NCBI GenBank assembly: GCA_033763595.1
Contig: JANRKH010000021.1
Span: forward strand, 886 to 64,885
Source of the DNA: Rickettsiaceae bacterium
GTDB lineage: Bacteria > Pseudomonadota > Alphaproteobacteria > Rickettsiales > Rickettsiaceae
Direction: 5' to 3'
Length of the DNA: 64,000 nt
Every line of letters starts with the position of its first letter. Within the stretch, counting starts at the first letter, position 1. Of this stretch, positions 1 to 10,492 are shown piece after piece. The notes under the pieces were generated by a model. That model was not told where the DNA came from, did not search any database, and saw only the letters and a program-made list of their open reading frames with translations. The position numbers and the translations under genes are program-made.

Positions 1-92
1 GCTGGTTAATTATTATAAAAAATGTAATTAACGACTTGATATTTGCGAATAAAAAGTGAATTATATGCAAGTAAGTTTTAAATTGATTTTAA

Positions 93-1823
93 ATGAGTTC
101 GATCGGAGTGCTGCCAAGCGTAGTTGTGTTATTATCAGCTGCAATTTTTATTGTTTTTACATTTAAAACTCTCAAGCTAAGTCCTGTGTTAGGATATCTT
201 GTGGCCGGGGGTATAATAGGTGACCATGGTTTAAAAATAGTATTCAACGACCAAATACATATAATTGCTGAATATGGAGTTGTTTTTTTGTTATATGCCA
301 TAGGACTAGAACTGTCTTTTGCAAGGCTAAGAGCGATGAGAAAATATGTTTTCGGCCTTGGATCAGCGCAGGTTATTTTAACCTCATGCATAATTGCAGG
401 AGCGGTAACTCTTTTTGACGGGGAGGGTCACAAGCTTGCCGTTATCGTTGGAGGGAGCCTTGCTCTTTCTTCAACGGCTGTTGTACTACAGGTGATACAT
501 GATGCAAGAATTCAGTCGACACAAGTTGGTAGAATTGCGCTTGGTATCTTGCTACTGCAAGATTTTGCCGTTGTTCCTTTGCTTGTGATTGTGCCCAAAC
601 TCTCTGGAGGAAATCTAGGATCTATACCATTTGAAATTTTAATAGCAATAGCAAATGCTGCGCTAACTTTGGCGACAATTTTTATTGTTGGTAGGATGTT
701 TTTTAGGCCTTTATTTAGGATGCTTTCTAGCGACGGAGAGGTTAGCAGCTCAAACGAATTATTTATAGCAGCAACATTGCTGATCGCGCTTGCTTCTGCT
801 TTTGCAACCGAATATATGGGTCTTTCTCTTGCTCTTGGAGCTTTTACTGCAGGCGTACTCGTTGCGGAAACTGAGTTTCAAAGAAAAGCAGAAGAGAGCA
901 TATATCCTTTTAAAGGATTACTACTCGGTTTATTCTTTATGTCAGTTGGGATGACAATTGATGTTAAAGAAATGTACAATCAAATAAGTACTATTTTGAT
1001 TTTTACAATCGCTTTAATTACGCTTAAAGCGCTCATAATAACGGGTCTTTGTATCATTTTTGGCTTTAGTACAGGCGTTGCAATACATTCTGGCTTGATG
1101 CTTTCTCAGGGAGGTGAATTTGCTTTTATTTTATTTCAGCATGGAATTAATCAGGGTATCATATCAGAAGGAGCTGGAAAGTTGCTGCTTCTAATTGTCA
1201 CATGCTCTATGGCAATTACCCCACTAATCTCTTTAATTGGAAGTAAAATAGAAGATATGCTTGAATATGATCCTGAAAAAGCGCCGGATAATATACTAGA
1301 AAAAGGTACTCGGGATCTTACTAATCACGTAATTATAGCTGGATTTGGAGTGGTAGGTAAAATGGTTGCACGTTTTCTTGCGGCAGAAGGGGTGAAATAC
1401 GTAATAATTGACGTGAATCCCGATGTTGTAAAGGAAGGGCAATCTAACGGGTTTCCACTTTTTTATGGTGATATTTCAAATAATCAGACCCTTGGATTGG
1501 GGGGCGCAGAAAGGGCGCTTGCTCTAATTCTTTGCATGAAGAATAGAACCACGCAAAAAAAGACGCTTAAAACAATCTCGTCAAAATTTAACCAACTAGC
1601 AGTGATCGTGAGATCAGAAGATCTTAAAAATTCATATGAACTTTATGAACTTGGGGCAACGATTATTGTCCCAGCTGCATATGAAACCGGCCTTCAACTG
1701 GGGGGCGCTGTTATGAAAGCACTTGGGATAAGTGAGCTTGAGATTGCTAGAATAAAAGAACAATTCAGAGCTGGAAATTATGTAGCCACAAAGCAAGCGG
1801 AAGATTTAGTAGATGAATTTTAG
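93..1823 (+). CDS. kefB: CPA2-family glutathione-regulated K+ efflux / K+:H+ antiporter with C-terminal TrkA-N (KTN) domain
   Basis: 576-aa ORF. The N-terminal ~390 aa are multi-pass membrane with Na+/H+-exchanger-like helices. A Rossmann motif follows (VIIAGFGVVGKMVARFLAAEG). Confidence 0.85.
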   Translation: MSSIGVLPSVVVLLSAAIFIVFTFKTLKLSPVLGYLVAGGIIGDHGLKIVFNDQIHIIAEYGVVFLLYAIGLELSFARLRAMRKYVFGLGSAQVILTSCIIAGAVTLFDGEGHKLAVIVGGSLALSSTAVVLQVIHDARIQSTQVGRIALGILLLQDFAVVPLLVIVPKLSGGNLGSIPFEILIAIANAALTLATIFIVGRMFFRPLFRMLSSDGEVSSSNELFIAATLLIALASAFATEYMGLSLALGAFTAGVLVAETEFQRKAEESIYPFKGLLLGLFFMSVGMTIDVKEMYNQISTILIFTIALITLKALIITGLCIIFGFSTGVAIHSGLMLSQGGEFAFILFQHGINQGIISEGAGKLLLLIVTCSMAITPLISLIGSKIEDMLEYDPEKAPDNILEKGTRDLTNHVIIAGFGVVGKMVARFLAAEGVKYVIIDVNPDVVKEGQSNGFPLFYGDISNNQTLGLGGAERALALILCMKNRTTQKKTLKTISSKFNQLAVIVRSEDLKNSYELYELGATIIVPAAYETGLQLGGAVMKALGISELEIARIKEQFRAGNYVATKQAEDLVDEF

Positions 1824-1900
1824 AAAATATCGCACCTTAACCTGATACAACAGTTTTATAGCTTTAGCTATACAATTGTGTTAATTTCTGCCAATAAGTT

Positions 1901-2009
1901 ATACCAAATCCCATTTTTAAGTACTTTCTTCTAGCTCGTCACTCACCTAGCATTTAGTAGGCTTCGTGACTTGCTCCTAGTATTATTTAATTCTAGAGAT
2001 TTGGTATTA
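1901..2009 (-). repeat. palindromic repeat, family A (the only inverted copy in the window)
   Basis: ATACCAAATCCCATTTTTAAGTACTTTCTTCTAGCTCGTCACTCACCTAGC...AGGCTTCGTGACTTGCTCCTAGTATTATTTAATTCTAGAGATTTGGTAT. Lies between convergent kefB and argS. Confidence 0.9.
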
Positions 2010-2091
2010 TTTGCCTGTATTTTGTTATTTTGGGTTCTTTTGGTTTTTGATTAAGGATTTACTTTATAAAGCCGAGCTGCTTGATTTCAAA

Positions 2092-3855
2092 TCACATTTT
2101 GTTAAGTGGGGTAATTCCAAGTATTAATAAACCATTTCTAATCACAAGCTCAATTGCGCTTATGAGCACAAGCCTTGCGGCTGAAAGCTTAGTATTATCA
2201 CTCAAAAATTTATAATCCTGATTTTCCTTGCCCATGTTCCAAAAAGCATGAAAAGATGAAGCAATATCTTGTAGATAGTAAGGTATTTTATGGATTTCTC
2301 CGGTTTTGGCAGCTTGTTCAACTATGCGCGGAAATAGCGAAAGATCCCTGATTATCTCTATCTCAACATCCAAAGTAAGTAAGCTCAGGTCATATTCCGA
2401 TCTTATGAATTTCTCATATGTTTCTTGAAAATTTTCTTTTGCATTATTAAGCGAAGAAAGGGCTCTAACTCTTGCGTACTGAACATAATATACCGGATTT
2501 TCCTTTGAAAGTATCTTTGCGGTGTGAAGGTCAAAATCAAGTATAATGTCATTCTTTCTAGTAAGCATCATAAATTTTAGTACATCAGCCCCAACTTCTT
2601 TGACGACATCAGATACTGTCGTAAACTGACCAGCTCTTTTGGACATTTTTACTGGCTCGTTATTATCCATTAAATTCACCATCTGGCAAAGCTTTACTTC
2701 GCAAGTTGCGCTCCCATTGCTCAAAGCTTTGTATAGGGCTTCAAGTCTTTTGACATATCCTGAATGATCCGCGCCAAGAACTATTATGTTTTTAGAAAAT
2801 CCCCTTTCGATTTTGCTAAGTGCATAAGCTGCATCTCCTGCAAAATAGGTCCATGAGCCATCTGATTTTGCAAGTGTTCTATCCTGATCGTCACCAAATT
2901 CTGTTGACTTGAAGAGTAACTGCTCTTTAGGCTCCCAGTCTTTATCCTCCTCGCCTTTTGGCGCCTCAAGTAAGCCCTTATATATTAGCCCTTTATTTGT
3001 TAGTATCTCGATTGCTTTTTCTATCATTTTATCATCATGAAGTTTTTTTTCCGAGGAAAATACGTCATGAAATATCGAAAGATCCTTTAGATCAGATTTG
3101 ATGATTTTTAATATACGCTCTAGTACTATATACCTAAATTCCAGCAATTTTGGAGTTGGCTCAATCCGCATATCGAAATTTTCATCAAGGTCTAGAAATT
3201 TATCTCCAAATTCTTCCTTAATAGAACCTGCAATATACTTTAAATATTCACCTGGATAAAAACCAGATGGGATATTTATTTCATATCCAAATACTTCTCT
3301 ATATCTTAGAAGGCAAGATTTTAGTAATACTCCTATCTGATTTCCTGCATCATTTACATAGTATTCTCTAACTACATCAAATCCACAATTTTCCATTACG
3401 GATGAGAATGCTTCGCCGTAGATCGCAGGTCTTGCGTGTCCAACATGCATGGGGCCGGTAGGATTTGCTGATACAAATTCTACATTCACCCTTTCTCCTT
3501 TTCCTATATTTGTTTTGCCAAAATTAGTACCAGTATCTAAAATCGCCTCTAAGATTTTATGCCATAAATTTTTGGTTAGGGTAAAATTAATGAAACCTGG
3601 ACCTGCGATTTCTATATTCTGAAAAATGCTTTTCTGGGACAATTTTTCGCGAATATACTCCGCTACTTCTCTAGGATTCGTTTTGCAGTAATTTGCGATA
3701 ATTAAAGCTGCGTTAGATGAAAGATGTCCAAATGATTTGATTCTAGGAATTTCTATCGCTATTTTATCAAAAACATTACTGTTGATAGTATATTTGCCTG
3801 CCGAAGCTTCGTTTATGAAACTTTTGAGCAGTTCATATATATTATTATATTGCAT
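2092..3855 (-). CDS. argS: arginyl-tRNA synthetase
   Basis: Class I signature SANPTGPMHVGHARPA (HIGH) and KMSKRAG (KMSKS loop). C-terminal anticodon-binding domain ends in ...LNKM, as is typical for ArgS. Confidence 0.95.
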   Translation of the reverse strand: MQYNNIYELLKSFINEASAGKYTINSNVFDKIAIEIPRIKSFGHLSSNAALIIANYCKTNPREVAEYIREKLSQKSIFQNIEIAGPGFINFTLTKNLWHKILEAILDTGTNFGKTNIGKGERVNVEFVSANPTGPMHVGHARPAIYGEAFSSVMENCGFDVVREYYVNDAGNQIGVLLKSCLLRYREVFGYEINIPSGFYPGEYLKYIAGSIKEEFGDKFLDLDENFDMRIEPTPKLLEFRYIVLERILKIIKSDLKDLSIFHDVFSSEKKLHDDKMIEKAIEILTNKGLIYKGLLEAPKGEEDKDWEPKEQLLFKSTEFGDDQDRTLAKSDGSWTYFAGDAAYALSKIERGFSKNIIVLGADHSGYVKRLEALYKALSNGSATCEVKLCQMVNLMDNNEPVKMSKRAGQFTTVSDVVKEVGADVLKFMMLTRKNDIILDFDLHTAKILSKENPVYYVQYARVRALSSLNNAKENFQETYEKFIRSEYDLSLLTLDVEIEIIRDLSLFPRIVEQAAKTGEIHKIPYYLQDIASSFHAFWNMGKENQDYKFLSDNTKLSAARLVLISAIELVIRNGLLILGITPLNKM

Positions 3856-3857
3856 AT

Positions 3858-5006
3858 TTAAAAATTAGTATTTATAGAAAAGAATGAATTATACTCGTCT
3901 AGAGCATATCTATCAGTCATGCCTGCAATAAAATCTGCTATAACTCTTGCTTTTTTTGTTTCTGATAAATTCTTAGTACGATTGAACCAATCTGGTGGTA
4001 AGCAGTCATTATTGTGAAAGTATAAATCGAATAATTCTCTGATAATTTTTTTGCATTTGAATCTAATCAAAATAATTCTATGGTTTTGATACACTTTTTC
4101 TTTTAAAAAAGCTCTAAGGATTTTAATTAGTGTAACCACATCTTCAGAAAATTCTACAACTGGCTTGCCTAGGCGCCTTACTTCATCGGATGTTTTTATA
4201 TTATTAGTTTGTATATTTTCTCTAGTTTTTGCGAGTAAATCTTCTATGAAAATATGCGCCAGTTCTCTTACAATTTCAAAAATAATCCTGCTTTTACTCA
4301 TTCCAGTGAATTTAGATGTAACGTTGCTTACGATTTTGTCTATCACATTAAGAGATCCTAGTTCATCAATTGTTATCATCCCTGCCCTTACTCCGTCCTC
4401 AAGATCATGACAATTATAAGTTATGTCATCCGAAAGAGAAGCGACTTGTGCTTCTATTGATGAATATTCATAAAGCTTTAGATCGCTAATCATGTTATAT
4501 TCAGCTATAGCTTCCGGTATTTCGCCTGTTAAGGGACCATTGTGCTTTGCAATGCCTTCGAGCACTTCCCAGCTGAGGTTGAGTCCGTCGTATGCGCAAT
4601 ATCTCCTCTCTAATTTTGTGAGAAGTTTTATCGCATGAGAATTATGACAAAAACCTCCGTAGTCTTTCATGCATTCCTTCAGCACATCTTCTCCAACATG
4701 TCCAAATGGAGTGTGACCAAGATCATGTGCAAGCGCGATACATTCAGCTAAGTCCTCAGACCCTCCAAGATCTCTTGATATAGATCTTGCGATCGCTGCA
4801 ACCTCAATTGAATGAGTTAGGCGGTTTCTATAGTGATCTCCTTCATGGTTAATAAAAACTTGCGTTTTATACTGTAGTCTTCTAAAGGTATTTGAGTGTA
4901 TTATCCTATCCTTATCCCTTTGGAATGCGTTTCTATAAGGCGTAGGTTTTTCCTCGTATAGTCTACCCTTTGAGTTTTCTGGATCAGATGCATATGATGC
5001 TAACAT
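3858..5006 (-). CDS. dgt: dGTP triphosphohydrolase-like HD-domain protein
   Basis: HD-domain motifs HSIEVAAIARS and LAHDLGHTPFGH. Length is 382 aa. Stop lies 2 nt from the argS start, so the two are likely an operon. Confidence 0.9.
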   Translation of the reverse strand: MLASYASDPENSKGRLYEEKPTPYRNAFQRDKDRIIHSNTFRRLQYKTQVFINHEGDHYRNRLTHSIEVAAIARSISRDLGGSEDLAECIALAHDLGHTPFGHVGEDVLKECMKDYGGFCHNSHAIKLLTKLERRYCAYDGLNLSWEVLEGIAKHNGPLTGEIPEAIAEYNMISDLKLYEYSSIEAQVASLSDDITYNCHDLEDGVRAGMITIDELGSLNVIDKIVSNVTSKFTGMSKSRIIFEIVRELAHIFIEDLLAKTRENIQTNNIKTSDEVRRLGKPVVEFSEDVVTLIKILRAFLKEKVYQNHRIILIRFKCKKIIRELFDLYFHNNDCLPPDWFNRTKNLSETKKARVIADFIAGMTDRYALDEYNSFFSINTNF

Positions 5007-5157
5007 AATTGTGTATTAAAATTTATATTAATCTATTCAATATTTTGTAGTATATTAGTTCATGAAACAATAGTCAATTTAGTAGAATTTTTATGCGTAA
5101 TTCTTATAAATAATCATAAAGCAAACTAAAGATAAATTAACAATAGATTGAAATAAA

Positions 5158-5499
5158 ATGACTGTAAATATTATAGTATCAGAAAGTGCAGCGCAGAGGA
5201 TTATCGAGCTTGCCAAAAAAGAAAAAGATGAAGTTAAGGGCCTTAGAATATCAGTTGAAGCTGGAGGATGTTCGGGCCTTCAGTATAAATACGAACTTAC
5301 AAATATTAAAAAAGAAAATGACATAGTTATAAGGCAATCTGGGGCACAAATATTCGTAGATCCCGTGTCTGCTAAATTTTTGAATAATTCTGATATAAAT
5401 TTCGTTGAAAATCTCGGAGGGGCCTATTTCGAGATAAAAAACCCAAATGCTTCTCTAAGGTGCGGATGCGGCAATTCTTTTGCTGCCCAAAAACAATAA
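5158..5499 (+). CDS. erpA: A-type iron-sulfur cluster carrier (HesB/IscA/ErpA family)
   Basis: 113 aa with the three conserved Cys (GGCSG ... CGCGNSF near the C-terminus). Confidence 0.85.
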   Translation: MTVNIIVSESAAQRIIELAKKEKDEVKGLRISVEAGGCSGLQYKYELTNIKKENDIVIRQSGAQIFVDPVSAKFLNNSDINFVENLGGAYFEIKNPNASLRCGCGNSFAAQKQ

Positions 5500-5658
5500 C
5501 TAACACTAGTATCTCTATAAATTTTAACTGTTGCGCGAAAGTAACGAAAAGTCACTTATTTAAAAAAATAAGTTTAAAAAGAATAAAGATGTTAACGAAA
5601 CCTTTGATACAAAAGAAAAAAATAATATAATCATACCATAACAAATGATAAGGTTTTT

Positions 5659-6009
5659 ATGATAAATAATTACAAAATTGATGGTGAATTGATCTCTAGA
5701 ATATTATTTTTTTTGAGCATTTTTGCAATGGTGTTAGGTACTTTTGATAATGTTTGGGCAGAGGATGCTTCAAGTGGAGATACTACAGAGGATCCTATCG
5801 GAACTCAGCTTTGTAAGGTTATTGACGCAATCAACTCGGGAACAGCAAGGGCCGTTGGAATATGCGCTGTTTTTGGTTTAGCAGGAGCTCTGATGATGGC
5901 AAAAATACAGTGGACTACGGCTCTGATCACATCTTCAGGAATTATAGTTATGTTTAGTGCGAGTTCAATGGTTGCTTTTATTGGAGGAGATGGCGCGTCA
6001 GGTTGCTAG
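5659..6009 (+). CDS. virB2: VirB2/TrbC-like type IV secretion pilin (orphan copy)
   Basis: 116 aa. Signal-like N-terminus is followed by two hydrophobic helices and a Gly-rich tail. The layout aligns by eye with Agrobacterium VirB2 (DP..., ICxxI, two TM segments, ...GG tail). Confidence 0.7.
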   Translation: MINNYKIDGELISRILFFLSIFAMVLGTFDNVWAEDASSGDTTEDPIGTQLCKVIDAINSGTARAVGICAVFGLAGALMMAKIQWTTALITSSGIIVMFSASSMVAFIGGDGASGC

Positions 6010-6023
6010 TAGAATAGTTATCT

Positions 6024-6104
6024 ATACCAAATCTCAAGGAGTTAATCTCTCATATGAATTTAAGGGCGAGCTTAATAAGTACCTTAAAAATGGGATTTGG
6101 TATA
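6024..6104 (+). repeat. palindromic repeat, short family-B/A chimera
   Basis: ATACCAAATCTCAAGGAGTTAATCTCTCATATGAATTTAAGGGC...AAGTACCTTAAAAATGGGATTTGGTATA. Lies between the convergent virB2-like and rfbA genes. Confidence 0.8.
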
Positions 6105-6118
6105 ATTCAAGAAGATAA

Positions 6119-6988
6119 TCATTTTCTTATAAGCTCTGAGATATATTTAACATAAGAGTTTTGGTTTGGGTTTTTAAACATCGAGACAATTTGCTCTTTG
6201 TTTATCCAGCCTTGTCTAAAAGCTATTTCCTCAAGACATGCGATTTTTTTTCCAAGTAACTTTTCTGAAAGCTGAACATAAAGAGAAGCTTCCATTAAAG
6301 AATCAAATGTACCTGCGTCAAGCCACGCAGTATATTCGTCAAGTATTTCTACCTTTAATTTACCCTCTTGCAAGTACAAATTCTGAATATCAGTTATTTC
6401 GAGTTCTCCTCTAGCTGACGGCTTAAGTGATTTAGCTTTACTAACAACAGTTGCATCACAGCAATAAAGGCCAGTGATCGCATAATTTGATATATATTCT
6501 TTTGGCTTTTCTACAATTTGCTTCACGTTACCGCTTTGATCAAACGAAACAACACCATATCTTTCTGGATCTTGTACTTTACGTCCAAAAACTATTGCAC
6601 CGCTATTTAGGCTACTTGCAGCATTGCTTATTTTACCAGCAAAGTCATCTCCTACAAAAATATTATCGCCTAGTATCAAGCATATTGGTGAATTTGCTAT
6701 GAAGTCTTCTGCTATAATAAAACTATCTGCTATTCCAATGGGTTTTTCCTGTATTTTATACGTAAGTTTTATGCCAAATCTACTTCCGTCACCTAACATT
6801 TTCTCATACAAATACATATGTTCACGGCTGCTAATCACTAAAATCTCTCTCATACCTGCACTCATTAGATTCGCAAGAGGATAATAAATCATAGGCTTGT
6901 CATATATTGGTAGCAATTGCTTACCTGTTGCAGAAGTTAAAGGGTAAAGACGAGTACCAAGTCCTCCTGACAAAATCATTCCTTTCAT
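6119..6988 (-). CDS. rfbA: glucose-1-phosphate thymidylyltransferase
   Basis: N-terminal nucleotidyltransferase motif MILSGGLGTRLYPLT. The 289-aa length and overall pattern match RmlA. Confidence 0.9.
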   Translation of the reverse strand: MKGMILSGGLGTRLYPLTSATGKQLLPIYDKPMIYYPLANLMSAGMREILVISSREHMYLYEKMLGDGSRFGIKLTYKIQEKPIGIADSFIIAEDFIANSPICLILGDNIFVGDDFAGKISNAASSLNSGAIVFGRKVQDPERYGVVSFDQSGNVKQIVEKPKEYISNYAITGLYCCDATVVSKAKSLKPSARGELEITDIQNLYLQEGKLKVEILDEYTAWLDAGTFDSLMEASLYVQLSEKLLGKKIACLEEIAFRQGWINKEQIVSMFKNPNQNSYVKYISELIRK

Positions 6989-7021
6989 ATGTGTAAATCA
7001 CTTTAATTTAGTTGAAAATCT

Positions 7022-9421
7022 TTAAGCGCGTATTTTACCGCCCATTTTTTCACAAGTATCAATAATTTTAGAGGATATTTGCTCTATTTCTTTATCTTCA
7101 AGAGTAGATTGGTCTGATTGCATTATCACTCTAAAGGCAATCGATTTATGACCTTCTGCGATTTTGTCTCCTCTGTATATATCAAATATATCAACATTTT
7201 TTATATATTCACTTAAGCCTAGGATTTTTTTTATTAAATCGCCAGATTTTAACTCATCTCTAAATATAAACGCATAATCTCTGGATACTTGCTGATACGG
7301 AGAAATAATAATCTCATCCCTTCTGCCAAATTTTTTTCTTTTGACCGGTACATTATTGATAAAAATTTCAAATGCGTAAACTGGAATTAGAACTTTGCCA
7401 CTAGCGTTAGGTATGATGTCATATAATGTCAGAATTTTTGGATGAATTTGACCAAAATTTGCAATCACTTTATTGCCAAGTAAGTAAGATCCGCTTTTAT
7501 TTGGATGAAAATATTGCTTTTCGCATTTAACCAATAAAAGATTTGTAAGATCTATCCCTGCTTCTTTGAGTAAAATTTCCAAATCTGATTTAATATCGAA
7601 AATATCAACCCTTCTTGTTTCGGCCAAATGACTCTCTGGTATTTTATTGCCGTATACTACAGCTGCTTGCACTAGCTCTTCATCATGTTCTAATGTTCCA
7701 TTAAATATAGGCCCTAGCTCAAAAAAAGCCCCTTGGTTTATAGATCTATTTAAATTGCGTGCTACATTTCCGAGTAGATTCGGAATGACAGTTGGTCTCA
7801 TGTAATTTAGCTCTGAGCTAATCGGGTTTTTTATAAATAACTCTTGTTTCTGCGCGTCAAAATGCTTCGCATACTCGTCATTCATAAATGACCAAGTGAT
7901 TACCTCATCATAACCTAGGCTTGCAGCGCATCTTCTTAATCTTTCGCTTTTTTTCTGATCTGAAGTGACCAGAGGCGTTATGACAGGACTGATCTGTAAG
8001 AATGATGAGTAGATATTTTCGTATCCATATATTCTTGCTACCTCCTCAGCTAGAATCTCAGGACAGTTTATATCGTGCCTCCAAGATGGTATTTCAAGCT
8101 CTATTATATCATCTTCACGGCAAATAATTCCAAATCCAAGTCTCTGCAATATTTTGATAGATTCATCATGATCTATGTCGATTCCTATCCTTTTTTTGAT
8201 AAGTCCAAGCTCAAACTTTATTCTTGATTTTTCTGCAAGCTTCCCAAAACTGGAAATAGAGCGCAGCTTGCCTCCGCATATTTTTTCTATCATATTAGAT
8301 GCGTAAACCAGCATGTCTAATGTGCTTGATTCGTCTATCCCTCTTTCAAATCTTGTTCTTGCGTCTGTATTAATCTGATATTCTCTTCCTAATCTTGCAA
8401 CTGATACTTTATCAAAATTTGCAGCTTCAAGTATAATAGACTTAGTACTTAAATCACATTTACTCTCATCGCCTCCTATAATTCCTGGAAGGGCACATAT
8501 TTTACTATCATCAGCAATTACTATAGTATCTTGCTCTAAAGTATATTCTTTTCCATTTAGCGCTTTAAAGCTTTGCTTGCTTGTCAATTTATCAATTGAT
8601 ATATGACCTGATATTTTTTCTGCATCATATGCATGTAAAGGCCTTGCAAAAGAGACTGCAAAGTAATTCGTTATATCTACAACAGCAGATACTGGCTCTA
8701 TTCCAATATTTTTTAGTAGATTTATCATCCAGTCCGGAGACTTATTATTACCAATATCGGTAATTCTAGCAAAGGCAAAAAAACTTACCTCATCTATTTT
8801 TACTTGTGTATCATGCAGACTTAGATTGCTATTTATGCTGATTGGATCTAAAGATTTAAGCACGCCGCATCCAGAAGCTGCAAGATCTCGTGCGATACCA
8901 TAAACACCAAACCAATCACCTCTATTAGGAGTAATAGAAACGTCGTATACCACATCATCAAGGCCCAAGTAACTAATTGCCTTTTTGCCTATTCCAGAAT
9001 TAGGATCTAGTTCTATAATACCCTCATTCGGTCCAGTGCCAATCAATAGCTCGTCAAAAGAACACAGCATTCCATTGCTTTTTACTCCTCTAATTTCTGA
9101 GGCTTTTATCTTAAAGCTTCCATTTGGTATGATTGCACCGACTTCTGCTAACACTACTTTGATCCCAGCTCTAGCATTAGGCGCGCCGCAAACTATTTGC
9201 AACACCTCACGCCCGTTATCCACTTTGCATACTTGTAATTTATCAGCGTTAGGGTGTTTACTCGTTTCTAAAATTTCTGCTACAATAAAATTTCCAAGAT
9301 CACTGGATCTATCTGTTATTTCTTCAACTTCAATCCCAATTTTTGTTAAGCTTTGTCCAATTTCATTTGGCTGCAGGTTTGTATCTAAAAATTGTAGTAA
9401 CCATTTATATGTAAATTTCAT
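7022..9421 (-). CDS. pheT: phenylalanyl-tRNA synthetase beta subunit
   Basis: Canonical N-terminus MKFTYKWL, tRNA-binding domain, B3/4-B5 core and C-terminal FDX-ACB-like domain. I chose the ATG at 9421, which forms an ATGA overlap with the pheS stop, not the ORF-track start at 9436. Confidence 0.93.
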   Translation of the reverse strand: MKFTYKWLLQFLDTNLQPNEIGQSLTKIGIEVEEITDRSSDLGNFIVAEILETSKHPNADKLQVCKVDNGREVLQIVCGAPNARAGIKVVLAEVGAIIPNGSFKIKASEIRGVKSNGMLCSFDELLIGTGPNEGIIELDPNSGIGKKAISYLGLDDVVYDVSITPNRGDWFGVYGIARDLAASGCGVLKSLDPISINSNLSLHDTQVKIDEVSFFAFARITDIGNNKSPDWMINLLKNIGIEPVSAVVDITNYFAVSFARPLHAYDAEKISGHISIDKLTSKQSFKALNGKEYTLEQDTIVIADDSKICALPGIIGGDESKCDLSTKSIILEAANFDKVSVARLGREYQINTDARTRFERGIDESSTLDMLVYASNMIEKICGGKLRSISSFGKLAEKSRIKFELGLIKKRIGIDIDHDESIKILQRLGFGIICREDDIIELEIPSWRHDINCPEILAEEVARIYGYENIYSSFLQISPVITPLVTSDQKKSERLRRCAASLGYDEVITWSFMNDEYAKHFDAQKQELFIKNPISSELNYMRPTVIPNLLGNVARNLNRSINQGAFFELGPIFNGTLEHDEELVQAAVVYGNKIPESHLAETRRVDIFDIKSDLEILLKEAGIDLTNLLLVKCEKQYFHPNKSGSYLLGNKVIANFGQIHPKILTLYDIIPNASGKVLIPVYAFEIFINNVPVKRKKFGRRDEIIISPYQQVSRDYAFIFRDELKSGDLIKKILGLSEYIKNVDIFDIYRGDKIAEGHKSIAFRVIMQSDQSTLEDKEIEQISSKIIDTCEKMGGKIRA

Positions 9422-10449
9422 CTTGTAAGACCCCATGTAACTGAGGGAACATCGAACGGAGAAAAATTATAATGTTTAAGCCATCTTAGGTCGCTATCAA
9501 AAAATTGTCTTAAGTCTTTAATACCATATTTTAACATAGCCATTCTCTCTATCCCAAGACCCGCTGCGTAACCTTGATGTAAATTACTATCAATCCCCAC
9601 GTTTGTAAGAACTTTAGGATGAATCATTCCGCATCCAAGTATTTCTAGCCATTTTCCTCCTTTAAACCTAATGTCCACCTCAGCTGAAGGGGTTGTAAAT
9701 GGGAAGTAACTTGGCCTAAACCTAACTTCAGGACCTGTATTTTCAAAAAAACAAGAGATAAAATACTCTATTAATGATTTGAGTTTTGCCATAGTTGCCT
9801 CTTTACTTATTTCTAGTAATTCAATTTGATGAAACATCGGAGTATGAGTTTGATCAAAATCGGAGCGATAAGTTCTCCCAGGTGCTATAAATTTCATCGG
9901 CGGATTATTACTTTTCATAGTTCTTATCTGAACAGGGGATGTATGGGTTCTAAGAACTAGGTCATCAGATTCCTTCATATAAAAAGTATCATGCATTTGT
10001 CGTGCCGGATGGTTTTCATCAATATTTAAAGCTGTAAAGTTATTCCAGTCTGTTTCTATACTCGGACCTTCTTTGACCTCAAAACCTAAATGGGCAAAAA
10101 TCTCAATAATCTCGGCCCTTGCTTGCATAACAGGATGTACCGAACCTATGGACTTTGGCCTACTGGCTAGTGTTATATCTACTTGCTCTTTAGATAAAAG
10201 ATCTTCAAACTCTTTTTCTATCAGCTCGTTTTTCTTGCGATTTAGCTCCTGTTCAAACTTTAGCCTTATGTCATTTATGATTTTTCCAAACTCCTTCTTA
10301 TCCTCAATAGTCATAGTGGCCATTTTCCTCATCTCCTCTGAGATCACGCCCTTCTTGCCTGTAAACTCTATTCTTATATTTTCTAATTCTACACTTGAGT
10401 TCGAGTTATTTATTTTATATATTGCATCTTTTAGTATAGACTCTTTCAT
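9418..10449 (-). CDS. pheS: phenylalanyl-tRNA synthetase alpha subunit
   Basis: Class II motifs (FRPSYFPFTTPS, GLGIERMAMLKYGI). 343 aa, immediately upstream of pheT. Confidence 0.95.
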   Translation of the reverse strand: MKESILKDAIYKINNSNSSVELENIRIEFTGKKGVISEEMRKMATMTIEDKKEFGKIINDIRLKFEQELNRKKNELIEKEFEDLLSKEQVDITLASRPKSIGSVHPVMQARAEIIEIFAHLGFEVKEGPSIETDWNNFTALNIDENHPARQMHDTFYMKESDDLVLRTHTSPVQIRTMKSNNPPMKFIAPGRTYRSDFDQTHTPMFHQIELLEISKEATMAKLKSLIEYFISCFFENTGPEVRFRPSYFPFTTPSAEVDIRFKGGKWLEILGCGMIHPKVLTNVGIDSNLHQGYAAGLGIERMAMLKYGIKDLRQFFDSDLRWLKHYNFSPFDVPSVTWGLTR

Positions 10450-10492
10450 CGCATAAAAATTTTTTTGATCAAAATAACAATAGTAGGACTAA

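Noticed and set aside
8985-10456. Long antisense ORFs opposite pheT (8985..9428) and pheS (10073..10456). Similar ones lie opposite virB10 (27354..27782), the ankyrin gene (32267..32596) and tig (13118..13450)
   Set aside because: They lie opposite strongly supported conserved genes, have Ser/Phe/Ile-rich low-complexity translations, and have no independent support.
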